Assembly: GCA_964016885.1 (NCBI GenBank)
Contig: OZ024747.1
Span: forward strand, 45,756,001 to 45,820,000
Origin: Eledone cirrhosa
Lineage: Eukaryota
Direction: 5' to 3'
Length of the DNA: 64,000 nucleotides
Below the pieces are notes generated by a model that did not search any database, was not told where the DNA came from, and saw only the letters and a program-made list of their open reading frames with translations. The translations under genes were made by a program, and so were the position numbers. Position 1 is the first letter of the stretch, and each line of letters opens with the position of its first letter. This document shows positions 52,037 to 64,000 of this stretch, in pieces.

Positions 52037-53519
52037 TTAAACCTAATGTCAAAGGTGGCTCTCTTCATCACACACATATGTTGGACATAAATATTGATCT
52101 ATTTAGATGTTCAAATGAAACAACAGAGTAAACCTGCTCAAGTTTTGAGAAATATACTGGCCAGTGGTTAACCAATAATAGTTCAGCCTTAAGATAATAT
52201 TGAATATAATGATCATATTAATTCACATGCTTAAATTATCAGAATTCAAAGTCATGATTGCAAATTACAATCTGAGATATCGGTATTACATCTGAAAGTT
52301 AAGAAGCACAAATATTGGTATTAACTCACTAGTAAGGATTTGTTTTGTTAGAGAGTTTGTTTAACAGAATAATCTTCTAAATTATATGCTTCAAGAAATC
52401 CTATTGAAAGGGAACAGTTAATATTGGAAACTAACAGTTAGCTGTAAATAGCAGTGGAAATACATTAAGTGAAGTACCAATATATAAAAGATTTAGGTAT
52501 TGACTTCTGCAAATCTGCTTTTAATTTATCACAGCTAATCTTTGTCTCATATCAGCAATTATAAATCTCATTATATCAAACATCGTGAAGTAGCTCTAAT
52601 CAGAAAAGCCATAAATTTCCTCTCACTCAAGATCAATGCAGTACACGTAATTGCATTTCTCAGAGAAATTTATCTACAATCAACTATCTTCGGATTGTAT
52701 CACTGCCTACTAATATCCTGAGTACCAAAGTAACTCCCAAATGCTATAATCTGAATTACAGTTATACTAATCTAACTTACATCAATCTATATTGGAAATG
52801 ATTGTGAAAGCACAATCAACTATCAACAACTCAGAGATAATTGCCAACTTTTACTAGTCTGACAAATTAGAATAACAAGAGATTCTTCAAGTCATATCAG
52901 GCACTGCAGTGTCTACACTTGACATCACAAGTAGAGAAACATTCTCATATGGTGTAATTTTATAGGATTTGAGGATTTATCTTTAAATATAGTTGAGAGG
53001 CTATTAGCTTTCATCATTACAATACACATATAAAAAAATATATACACAAACAATCATACATACATACATATATATATATACATGCATGGATGCATGCATA
53101 CATACTAACTTACTTATATACATACATATGTATCTATACATACATATATATATATATATATAAACTAAATTTGTATACTTACAATTTAGGCTACAATATA
53201 TGAAATTATATATAAGTGTTTAGGAATTGAAATAACAATAAGTATTGAATGGCATTCTCAAAGAAAGGGTCCTTCACATTTTTTCTAATAGTAAATTTTC
53301 ATTTCACATCAAGAAGGAAACTACTAAATTTGAATAAATTCAAAAATATCTATTTTAATCACAAATTGAAAATAGAAGACAAAAATTAGTTTAAAGATAA
53401 ATAACCTCCTTCACTATTAACACACACACACACAGATACACGCACACACACATACATATATATACACATAAACATGTATATATATATATATACATATATA
53501 CAGACATACATATGTACTT

Positions 53520-54042
53520 CATCCAAGATGAAAAACAGCCATTTTAGGAAACTGTGCAGTGGCAAGCTTGTCACTAGTGCAGGAAGGGCAAAGCTCCAGC
53601 ATGACGTGCAGCTTAACCCTTTAGTATTTACATTACTATTGTATTTTTCTAGTAAAGGCTTTATCTTACATAGGTATCTCACATAATATTGAATCTATGG
53701 GATTTTGATATTTATTTTGAGAACAATACGTTAACATCACTATGAGAGGCCAGTTATTGCTGGTTTTAATAGAAAGAGGTGAGGATATGGCCGGTTTAAA
53801 TGCTAAATGGTTAAACTTGAGGCTGATATCTACCCAGTTCAACATGCCACCTGAACCACTTTGGGACCACCTTAAGAGTATTGTCCTGCAGACTGCCCAA
53901 GAATTACTTGGATTTTCGACGATTGGTTTGATGGGGATAACAGAATTCCAGGAGCTCTTTGCAAAGAAAAGGTCAGCATACCAAGCTTATTTGGCTCAGC
54001 CTGCCTGTTCTCAGAAGATGGTAGCCTTTTGCCTCACCTGTG
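53520..54042 (+). mobile_element. RTE EN-RT linker fragment interrupted by a piggyBac MITE
   Basis: LWDHLKSIVLQTAQELLGF..WFD..ELFAKKRSAYQAYLAQP is a typical RTE linker. Confidence 0.7.
53617..53810 (-). mobile_element. piggyBac-type MITE, family 1
   Basis: TTAA-CCCTTTAGTATTTA ... TAAATGCTAAATGG-TTAA; reverse-complement homolog of 51759-52036. Confidence 0.9.
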
Positions 54043-54169
54043 ATGACACACACACAGACACACACACATGCACACACACATATATGTATATTCATACTTA
54101 ATATATCAGGGAAAATGGACGTAAAATGAAAACAATAATACACATACACATGATTATATATATGGAAAT

Positions 54170-54221
54170 AGCTTCTACAGCACTAGAACTGTTTCATTTG
54201 AAGGAAATCATCAGGAAAGCC
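54170..54221 (-). ncRNA. Candidate type I hammerhead ribozyme (PLE-type), inside palindrome 54157-54277
   Basis: Minus strand: GGCUUUC CUGAUGA UUUCCUUCAAAU GAAA CAG UUCUAGUG CUG UA|GAAGCU. Core boxes are intact and stems I and III can form; stem II is weak. Confidence 0.6.
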
Positions 54222-54346
54222 TGATGATTTCCTTCGAATGAAACAGTTCTAGTCCTGTAGAAGCCATTTCTATATATGCAAATTATATTCTGCTATGTAT
54301 TGAGTACCTTACTTATTGTGGTTACCCCCGATTAAACCCAGGATGA

Positions 54347-54402
<56 letters not shown>

Positions 54403-57192
54403 GTATGTATATATGTACACATATACATGTGTGCGTGTGTGCATGTTAATAATGATATATAATTTATCTTCTGTATCATACACAATTTCTTTTAGATATT
54501 AACCCTTGAGAGCCCAGTAATGTTTTCCATCATTACATGGAACAGGTGAGAAATATCACAAGACGAATTCCATTAAAATGTATTGTTTCTCCTATCTTTG
54601 TTTGAATCACAAATTCTATCAGAAACATTTCAGCATTTTATTCATCATGGGTTGTTAAAATATATACCTTACTATGTTAAAATTAAAACAATATTATATC
54701 TTTTCAATGTCTAGGCCTTTTTATCTTATTGCCTATGACCTCTGAGTTATATGAAGGAAAAGAAAAGAATATATCAGACCAGAAGAGATTGGAGGCAGAT
54801 GGGTCTGTTGGTATGGGCATAGGGTTTTAAAAACATCTACACTCGTTAAGTTCTCTTTTATTCTGGTTTGTTACTTTTATATATATATCATGTATAAACC
54901 TATATTTACATGTATAAGGAATCATATGTATTTCCCATACAGGAATTATATATATTTAGAACTGATTAACAAATGTTTAATTAACAATTTGAAATAAGCA
55001 TAAATGTATTTGAGCTATTACCAGCTTTGTACAGACATGGCGACAATATAAATCACATGGACCTATTACTAGCTTTGTATGAACATAACCGCAAGGCATC
55101 TGGTTTGGACCTATTACCATTATTGTTTGGCCATGAATACAATATATCCACAAACTAGACTTTTAAATGCACCTGCTTGTCACAGGCTGGGGGAAAATGT
55201 GAAGCTGGGCAAAGAATTGTCTACCAACCAAGAAGAGCTACAGTCCTCTGCCAGACTTCTCTTGGATAATTTCCATCTATACCTTTTTACACACAAACCT
55301 AAGTAACAAATATATTATATCACACTAAACAAAGCCAGTGGCTCTGCTTGAGTGTTGATTAAGTCTGTGAAGGTCTATACAACCCTTGTTAACAGAAGAT
55401 ATGGACAGTGAATGATGATGATGATGTCACAATAAAATATTTATGACCAACATCTACAATAACGTTAAATTTAAGCAAACGTAAACATTCTATTTCTTTC
55501 TTTATTTATCATGATCACTTAATTTTGTTAGTCAAAATGTCATTCCTGAGCACCATTAATATTATCTTCTGCTAGACTTCTATTCTGCTTCTAATGGATT
55601 GGTATGTTTTGTAGTCAAATATAATATCAATTATTAATTTAGATTTAAATTCATCTATTTCATACAGTCCTGCTCCATTTTGATTATATATTAAATAATT
55701 TCCATATGAATTTATATCCACTGCTACTGCTCAAAGTACATTATAAGAAAGTTTTTGCTATTAGGTTAGTTATAGCTTAAAGTTGTTTACTGATGGAATC
55801 ACATAGAAATTTAACTGGAGTGGTGTTTGAAAAATTACTTCTGAAATTCATAATGAGCGAAATAACAGTGCACTAAAATTATAAATTTCTCTTACACAAA
55901 TTGATTTCTTTTGACTAAATATAATACAGGCAATTTTTCAAAGTGTCGATTGAATATGCTCTCAAATAAAATACTTACACGGACACACACACACACACAC
56001 ACACGAACACACCACACAGAAACACAGCACACACATGCACACACAAGGATTTACTATATCAGTCATATTGCTACAATAAGCAGTTTGCTTTCCAATTACA
56101 GGGTCCAGGGTTCTAATCCTGCATTTGTCCCTGCAAATATTTATTTTTCCTAAGGTACTCATACATTTAATTCTGTAGGTCATATTTCCTTTCTCTCAGG
56201 TGATAAATGATAAGGGTGATGAAATAAGTGAGGGTGGGCTGGAAAATCTGTAATTTCTTTTTAGGTTGTCTTCATTGATTTTTTTTCAAAAGCCAGAATT
56301 AGTCGTTTAGTTTACATATTGAGACACTAACCCATCCTATTTATTTTACAATGTATGGGTTTAGCAATGTACTCTTTTTTTTCATGTATCATGTTTTTTA
56401 ATGTATAAATAAAATTAAAATAAAATTTCTCCAGACATTGATTAGCAAAATTTAATAAGCATGGGCGTTGGAATAAGAGCTGGGGGGGGGGGGTATTATT
56501 TGAGACCCGTGAGTACATGCTAAACATTTAAGTAGTTAAACATAGAATTAAATTATTAGAATATTTTTATCTTTAATATCATTTCCATGTATCAGTAATC
56601 AACATAAACAATTAGGTTTCTCTTATGGAAGCCATTAATGTGTCGCTCATATATTCAGGATTCCTGGTATGTATGGCATACCAATCCTGGCCTCCTAAGA
56701 TTTAATACATTCAATGCTATTGATGTCATTACTGACAGCAATGGTCTACTAATTGAGAACAAAGTTGAAATGTAATTTTCTTTGCTATTGAAGTGAATTA
56801 CATGTTGCTTGTTAGAGAAATAACAACTAAGATTCAATGTCAGTAATTAATAGATAATGTAGAGTGGATAGAGAGGGAAATAGTTTTGATATGGGGACAT
56901 GTTAAACGAAGAAATGAGAAGGAATTTGAAGACATGAATGTGTGTATAGGACGTGTATAGAGAAGGGATGTTTGTTATATCGGGTTTATTGATGTGTTTA
57001 TGTTTGATTGTGTAAGTGCATACATACAGGCTGGTGTGTATGCACATAGGTTTAAACATATAGACAAATATGGAGACTTGTACACGTATATACAGGCAAA
57101 AATCTATACATGTAAAGCAAGATATATTTATAGAAATTTAAATATAGAGCAATCAAGTGTATATGATTATGTGCATAAACTCAAACACACAC

Positions 57193-57196
<4 letters not shown>

Positions 57197-57262
<66 letters not shown>
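57197..57262. repeat. (TA)n microsatellite
   Basis: Seen directly. Confidence 0.95.
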
Positions 57263-57267
<5 letters not shown>

Positions 57268-57439
57268 GATTACAGCTATATAAAAAAGGTGCAGGGTGAT
57301 CAAAATTGACGGAAGCTATTGAGTAGGAAGACCTGGGATGAGGTGATAAAAGCTGACCTTGTGCAACTTAACCTCTCAAAGAAATAATATAGGATCGAGA
57401 TCTTTGGAGTTATGCAGTAATACAGAAAACACGCCTCCC

Positions 57440-57803
57440 ATGCGCACAAACATACATCTAGTAAACACCTCTTAACCACTATACCCACAACCACCCACTT
57501 CTGTCCACACACCCTTACACTGTAAACAAAATATATCCAGCCACATTGTAAAATGGTGATGTAGGAGTCACGACAAAAACCACCCAGGCCACACAGTAAA
57601 GTGGTCGTGTAGGAGTCAAAGTATCCAGAAAAAAGTACCCAGCGCACACTGAAAATGTGGTCGGTGTTAAGAAGGGCATACAGCCGTAGAAACCTAGCCA
57701 GAAACAATTCTATATGAGTAAGACACGGTCACCTGACCCAACCTGCATCAAATGGGTCTAACCGATGCTAGCGTGGAAAATAGACGTTAAACGATGATGA
57801 TGA
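57440..57803 (+). mobile_element. RTE-family 3' UTR / SINE tail with (GAT)n
   Basis: GAAGGGCATACAGCCGTAGAAACC ... GATGCTAGCGTGGAAAATAGACGTTAAACGATGATG matches the RTE terminus at 38511. Confidence 0.78.
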
Positions 57804-58249
57804 TATATACTGAAACAACGTATCTCCAGGAGTCGACTGATGAGAGGGGGCTGTCCTGTATCGTCCGGTGTCTTCGCCAATGTTATATATGTGTGTGCGT
57901 GCCTAAATTGATGATTTATCGTAATGAGCATACATTTATAGAAATATTTGAATGTTTCATGTGTGCGTTTGTAGCCCAGTCATCAGAATAGGTAGACCAT
58001 ATACCTATGCCTTAAGAACTGACTAAAAGAGTAGGAATCAAGAGGAGCATCCGACTGTAAAACATGTCTCAAAGCAATCCTTCCAACCAGTCGATTATGC
58101 GACCACCGTGTTACAAAATATAAATTTGAAAAAGACAGACCCAGTGCATGTTTTCAAAAACTTTATGAAAGATTCAAAAAGCATTCTTCAATAATGTCGT
58201 CATTCAAAGTCGGATTGACTGCAGCTCATTAAATATTACAGTTAATTAC

Positions 58250-59060
58250 AAAAAGTTGAGTAGGTTTGATAAAACCTTCTATCAAAGAATTTATCTCAAC
58301 GCTAATGCATCAGGACCCAACTGAAGCTATCAGAACACGACCCGTCCTCAATGAAAACTTAATAAAACAAGTCAAAGACAAACTGGCAGTTAACGTCCAA
58401 ATATCGAGATTTTCGTCGAATTGGATGAGTTTACCCTCACAAACAACAATGCTTTAGTAATGATGTATGTGCGGCACGATGAGAACAATGGATCACAGGA
58501 AAAAATATTATTTACTGTAAATCTGTTTACAGACACAAAAGGTTTAACAATATCCCCCGATATGAAATCGTATTTTGCTAAAACTATTATACTCGTGAAC
58601 AAAAGTATCCGATGCAAACAACTCAGACTGACCCTTTACACTGAACCCCGGAAGCTATCAAACGCTACATGTTTGACTGTTTGGTCGTGGCTTTTAGTGC
58701 AAATAATGCTAAGTCTGATGCTACATGCAAAAAAAAAATGTTATAACTTAGATATGATCGATAAAGCAAAGTTAACTTTAGTAGTGCTTGGTATCAGACT
58801 TTATGACAAACCACAAAGAAAAAAATAATGTCTGCTTTATATCCATCGAACCTTGCAGAAAATATTTTCTCATTTCATATCTTGTGGAATCCAGCTCTAG
58901 TGCTGTGATTCATATTCTTACAAAACAAATAGATTGTTTGAAAATATCGGAAAAGGGAGACTTTGGTTCATTCATAACAAAAACCTCGCCGGATATTAAA
59001 ATGTCAACTTCTCAGTATCAAGCCTATGGATCACAAGGCAAGGAAAGTTCAATTTCAACT
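58250..59060 (+). pseudogene. Decayed hAT Buster/Charlie-type transposase (ZBED5/SCAND3-like family)
   Basis: LDEFTLTNNNALVMMYVR..EKILF..L.TDTKG (first catalytic DE region) and the C-terminal YLVESSSSAVIHILTK..LKISEKGD..TKTSPDI..YQAYGS. A Charlie-like right end may lie at about 59920-59985. Confidence 0.8.
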
Positions 59061-62000
59061 TATCTTGTTTAATTTATGCAGGGTAAAATGAAATTTTATT
59101 TTATTGCAAAACAAGATTACCTGAATTACCGGATGTGATGGCACACACAAAATACCGCAGGAAAACTGATACGGCACGACATTGATGTGAAACAAATCTT
59201 ACAATTTGACATTGTCAGAGGAGTGTAACATTTTACGAGTAAATAAACAAGAGAACATGTAAAATTCGATTACAAAGGGAATACGATTCACGAAACAAGA
59301 GTTCACGTTCCCGAACCGAATAAAATTCGTAAATAGCCGAATTTATCCAGGAATTATAATTTTAGCTTGTGGCGTTCGAGACGTTTGTTGGAGTTGGGCC
59401 GCTGACAGCAAAGTTATTGTCATCACTAGCGGCTCGTCTTACTGAGGTGTTAGGTAATGCCTGTGAGGGTGCATGGTTGTTTTAATGGTTTAGCCTCGCC
59501 ATCGGGCGTGGCAATGCTGTGAGCGTATTGGCCTGCCTCAAAGTGTTTAGTTAACCCTTATAATGTAATGTGCAGCCGATTGTCGCACTTGGTGGGGAAT
59601 TGATTGTCGTTTTTGTTTCTGGTCCACCCCTTTTTTTCTCTATTTTATGCGTTTATATTTGTGTTTATCAACGACATTATATTTGTGATGTTCTTCTGAA
59701 TTAATTGCAAATAATTTATAATGTTATGAGCTCATTTGTAATGTTATTTATGAATATATTAAAAAAATATTTGTAATGTTATTTATACAATTCTGAATAA
59801 GATTTCAGAGGTCACAGGTGTAGAAATTATTCCACCTGATGAGTTTTCGCAGACACGATGGAAACAGAGCAAAATGTCTTATGCAAGAAATGTAATTTTG
59901 TCTCTAGATTAAAATATAGTGGATGCCACGAAAGTTTTTCACTCACATATATGGACGCGAGTTATAAAATGTTTGACGAGTACTGAATGAGAGGTTTCTC
60001 TATTTGCACATATGACGTATTTTTAGAAATAAAACCTCACATATAGACCGTAGTGTTCCAGATTGCCTTTGGTTGTAATGGCTAATACAAATTAAAGATA
60101 TATGACTGAAATATGATATTCCATCATGGTTGATTATAGAACAGCATTCTAAAAGATAGGCTTAATTAAAATGACAAGAATTAAAAGCTTCAATAGAAAT
60201 TTTCAGAAAAGAAAGAAATCATGTTCAATATATTTATGTTGATAGATGAAATGCCCTCATAAGAAATGTATCATCATGGTAACTAGAGGAAAGATAATCT
60301 CATCAGAATGTATAGTGAGTAAACATTTGGAGGATTGGATTTGACAGAAAATTAAATAGGGAAGACTCAGAAATCATACTTAGTGAATGCATACAAGTGC
60401 AAAAGAACACAAGAGAACCTATATCCGACACAGAAAGTTGTAGAGTTTAATTTACATGCTTATTGTTAAGTATGACAAGTAACAGATGATTTTATAAAAG
60501 CCTTTATTAACGGCAAATTACACAGCTCGTTCCTTGTACTGTTTTGTTCTGCTGACCGGTGACATCCTTTCTTGATGGCTGCCTCATCGTTCTTTCTCAC
60601 CTGGTGATCTCCCCGTGATTGCACGAGACTTATCCCCGAGAGCACAACGGCTATGATTAGCAGACGATGACACCAAGATACTAATTAGCAACATTATTTC
60701 TCCTTGAAACGTTTTGGCTTTTTACATTATCGATAATAGGTTGTTCTGATCCTTCTATAACTCCGGTTTTGTGTCTAACTTGCATACTTGACATGATCGT
60801 TTGTCGAAGACCCACACCGTCACCGTTAGGCATCCTTGCAGAATCAGTGTGAACGAACTTCTGCCCTAGGTGTGATGCTTAAATCACTCAATTCTGGTTC
60901 CCGTATGTTTAGCGTTGCAAGTTGCTCAACTGCTACTAATTACTGTGGGTGATCCTTCTTCTTAATCCATGCCGTATTTTTTCCAGCATGTACTACACTT
61001 ATAAACCATCTTACTTACTCAGAACACATTATTGTTATTTTGAATCTTTATTAATTATTTGGATTAATTTTTGCAGTCGTACACATTCTTTGTGTTGCTT
61101 CTCATATCATTCAAAATCAAGAGGGATACAATAATGAGCAAACCAACAGGTGCTTCCTGGTTTGAATTATTACCCAGTCACAGTACGAGTATTTCACATT
61201 AAGTGCTCAATTAAGATATTTTCATTTGCCTAAACTCCAAACTTTTTAATAAATTTTCTGCTTGTTTTATTTTTATATGACATTCTTAGAGACGGTTGTA
61301 AAGTAAAATGATTTAATTTTGAGGGGGGGGGGGGGGTTTGATGGGTTTGGTTAGAATTTATTTTTCCTTAGAATTTATTTTTCCTTTAACGAATATGGTC
61401 TTCAAAGCAATCGTAAAATACACCCGAGAACTCCATAACACCTGTTTTGGAATTGGGTGTAATAAGTATTTACCGAATTTATATCAGGTTTTTGTTTTAC
61501 AATTGTGTACAGGTAGATTTTTTGGAAAGTACATAAAATAAAGTGTATATTACGAAACAACTTTCTAGGTTTTAATCTTCTTTGAAGTCTCTGATGTCCA
61601 TATAAAGATGTCATTCAAAATCTAGTTATTTCACATGTAATCACATTCAACATTATGTTACAGCCCCATCTTTAAGACTTAAAGTAGTAGAATCATTATA
61701 TAAATGTCAAAGTTTCTTCGTGTATTCATAGATTCATTCAGCTTTATATCTTATTATTCATCGTGTTAGAATTACGTAATCTAATTTTATAATTGCATTT
61801 AATTATCGTTATCATTCAACTTAAATGAAAATTAACTACTTGAAAATTTTCGTATCACCAAATTAACTAATTTAGAGATATGAACATTTCTCATATAACT
61901 ATTATGATCACATTCGATGATAATATTTAAAAAGTTCACCTCTAGAGAAAATTGAACAAGTAAAAAATATGGATATAAAAACGTTTTTGTTGAACAATGA

Positions 62001-62063
62001 AGTTATAAATTATAACTCATAAATGTGAAATTTAAAGATGATAGCATATATATATATATATAT

Positions 62064-62139
62064 ATATTAAATACATTAACAATATCGCTTATATTTAATA
62101 CATTAAGAATATCGCTTAAAGCTTTCTCTGTTAATGTAT

Positions 62140-62197
<58 letters not shown>

Positions 62198-62225
62198 ATA
62201 CATTAACAGCTTTAAGCGATATTCT
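62064..62225. repeat. Patchwork of short direct and inverted duplications around (TA)n
   Basis: Blocks TATTTAATACATTAAC and GAATATCGCTTAAAGCT recur in both orientations. Confidence 0.85.
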
Positions 62226-62899
62226 GACCAACTCCATCTCACTCAACAAACATTAGGATATACCTAAGTATTCTCCCAATTTAGTGTTTGGGGTGCTAAC
62301 TATATAGTATTTCGTGGAAAGTTGGTTGTATTATTTTATATGAGACATAATTAAATAAATCTTTCTTTCTTTCCATACGATCGTTTCGTTATAAGATTTC
62401 TACAATTTGGGATAAATAATGTCCAAGTTATGTAGAAACTTGTATATAATCGATAGAAATACACACAAGCGGGCCCTTATAACTCATCAGTGGATGACCA
62501 TGCAATATCGATATAAAAAATTACATCGATATTAATAATTAGTGATGGTCTCCGTCAGTGCTAGAAGGACAGCTAAATTTGAAAAGCCAGTAGTCCTTCA
62601 AAAATAAAATCCACACTGTCCCCAAAAGGGAAAGGAGAGGTAATCGTAAAATATAAAGTAATATACACGCTGGTCATTGAAGCCTGTTATATATATATAT
62701 ATATGCTATCAAATGTGTTGATTCTGCTATGAAAAAAAAGACAGTTAGATATGTGTGTGTGTGTATTTATTAATATATATACATATATGCATATATATGT
62801 GCGCTTATATATGCACGAAAGAGGTTAACAGCCCCTTAATATACTTTCGTAAATCTTGGCCATTGGAGATATGATAAAAAAAAAAGTATCAGCCTTTAT

Positions 62900-63410
62900 T
62901 TAACAAATTTAACGGTGAACACACTTTTATTTCATTGTGTGCATGTCGTATCGAATGAATATAAACACATACACGTACACTAGGCCCGAACTCCCACTGT
63001 CATCACCTCCATCTCTCTCGCCATCCCCATCTCTCACTATTATGAGCAAATGGGGTCCCACACGCTGGCCGCTCCACGACTCTGTTGGACAGAATGGAGA
63101 AGGCGTTTCCCCGGGGATGGTGAAGGCCATTCCATCTCGCGAGGCTCACACCTGCGGATCGCCAGCTCAGTGCATATGGTGGTAGCCCTAGGGTGAAGGA
63201 TATCAGAAGTCTCCACTGCTTGGGGCTCGACTGCAAACCTGTCGGAGAGCGACCGATACTTGGAGACTTTACCCTTCTCAGTCCGAAGTGCAGCAGAGCC
63301 TTAGTTAATCACCGACTGCACCAGGTTGCCGCAAGAGAATGTGTCACTGCTTCTGGCGTCCCAGACGAGGGGTTGACCACCACGGAACGGGAAGATGGTC
63401 GTGCCAATTT
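62900..63410 (-). mobile_element. CRE-like (RLE) non-LTR retrotransposon 3' fragment
   Basis: Minus-strand GTTIFPFRGGQPLVWDARSSDTFSCGNLVQSVIN*GSAALRTEKGKVSKYRSLSDRFAVEPQAVET...EPREMEW...RGNAFSIL matches the CRE endonuclease C-terminus. AATAAA occurs in the 3' UTR. Confidence 0.85.
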
Positions 63411-64000
63411 AACAACTTATAGTAAATGTTATTGTTTCCAATAAGTCTTCTTATTTTTGATACAACCGTACAACATTTTTTTCTGTTAGTATCTTAGTAT
63501 CATGTCTCAACCCCTATTTCTATCTAAATTTAAGATATATGCTCCCCTTTAAGTACCGTCACGGTAGACTGACTTTCTGAAAAACGACCGATATATTAAA
63601 ACCTTTAGATCTCTGTGACAGTGTAGCCAGAACTATAATTAAGGAGTGGCATTCTCTAAAAAGGATTATATCACCACTTGACTGCCCCTACCTCCTCCCC
63701 AACATTCACTAGCAAAAAGTTAACATCAGGTGCCATTCCAGGACTGCCTCATACTTATATAACATTTTTGCAGGTGGTCCCCGAATCGAATTTTCTATTT
63801 TCTTTTCCCTATCTTCCATTATATGTTTGGGTTCAAAGTAATCCTGTTAAGTAATTCTGTGGATGACGCCTGATGAGATCGTCCTGTCTTGTATCATAAT
63901 TGGATGATGGAGCTGGGTCATCGAAATACACATAATTAAAATTCTAAAGCAGTTCGGACTTCTGTTGTTATTTGAATGAATGCTTTACTCCATTCCTGCA

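Noticed and set aside
57830-57900. CTGATGAGAGGGG motif
   Set aside because: No GAAA closes stem II.
59224-59676. TG...CA solo LTR
   Set aside because: No matching 4-6 bp TSD at the candidate ends and no second LTR.
59810-59870. CTGATGAGTTTTCG...GAAACAG motif
   Set aside because: Stem II does not abut GAAA, and there is no consistent stem III or cleavage triplet.
62937-63444. GC-rich plus-strand ORFs or a possible HDV-like ribozyme in a LINE 5' UTR
   Set aside because: No HDV fold could be built. The minus strand encodes a CRE-type endonuclease C-terminus, which explains the composition.
63860-63940. CTGATGAGAT...ATCGAAATAC hammerhead-like motif
   Set aside because: Core boxes are present but there is no credible stem I, stem III or NUH triplet; at most a decayed remnant.

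Overview
This is an AT-rich, gene-poor eukaryotic window. Its SINE types, (TA)n/(CAT)n microsatellites and LINE mix suggest a coleoid cephalopod, probably Octopus (inference from recognised repeat types, not a search). I can support no intact protein-coding gene. Most listed ORFs are microsatellite translations or pieces of decayed transposons. Non-LTR retroelement remnants from six lineages are present: RTE (including a 2.5-kb copy with a PHD finger inside its ORF), CR1/L2, Penelope-like, and three restriction-like-endonuclease clades (R4/Dong-like, CRE-like, Hero-like). The window also holds two tRNA-headed SINE families, hAT, piggyBac and Tc2-type MITEs, and decayed Buster-like and Chapaev3-like transposases. 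The most interesting signals are: (1) a palindrome at 54.2 kb carrying a hammerhead-ribozyme core on both strands; (2) a recurring pattern of fold-back or templated duplications at (TA)n tracts; (3) a tRNA-SINE-head/RTE-tail chimera that looks like a nascent SINE; (4) a head-to-head RTE/R4 fusion; and (5) several plus-strand candidate small exons, possibly of a lncRNA. Coordinates of decayed elements are approximate.
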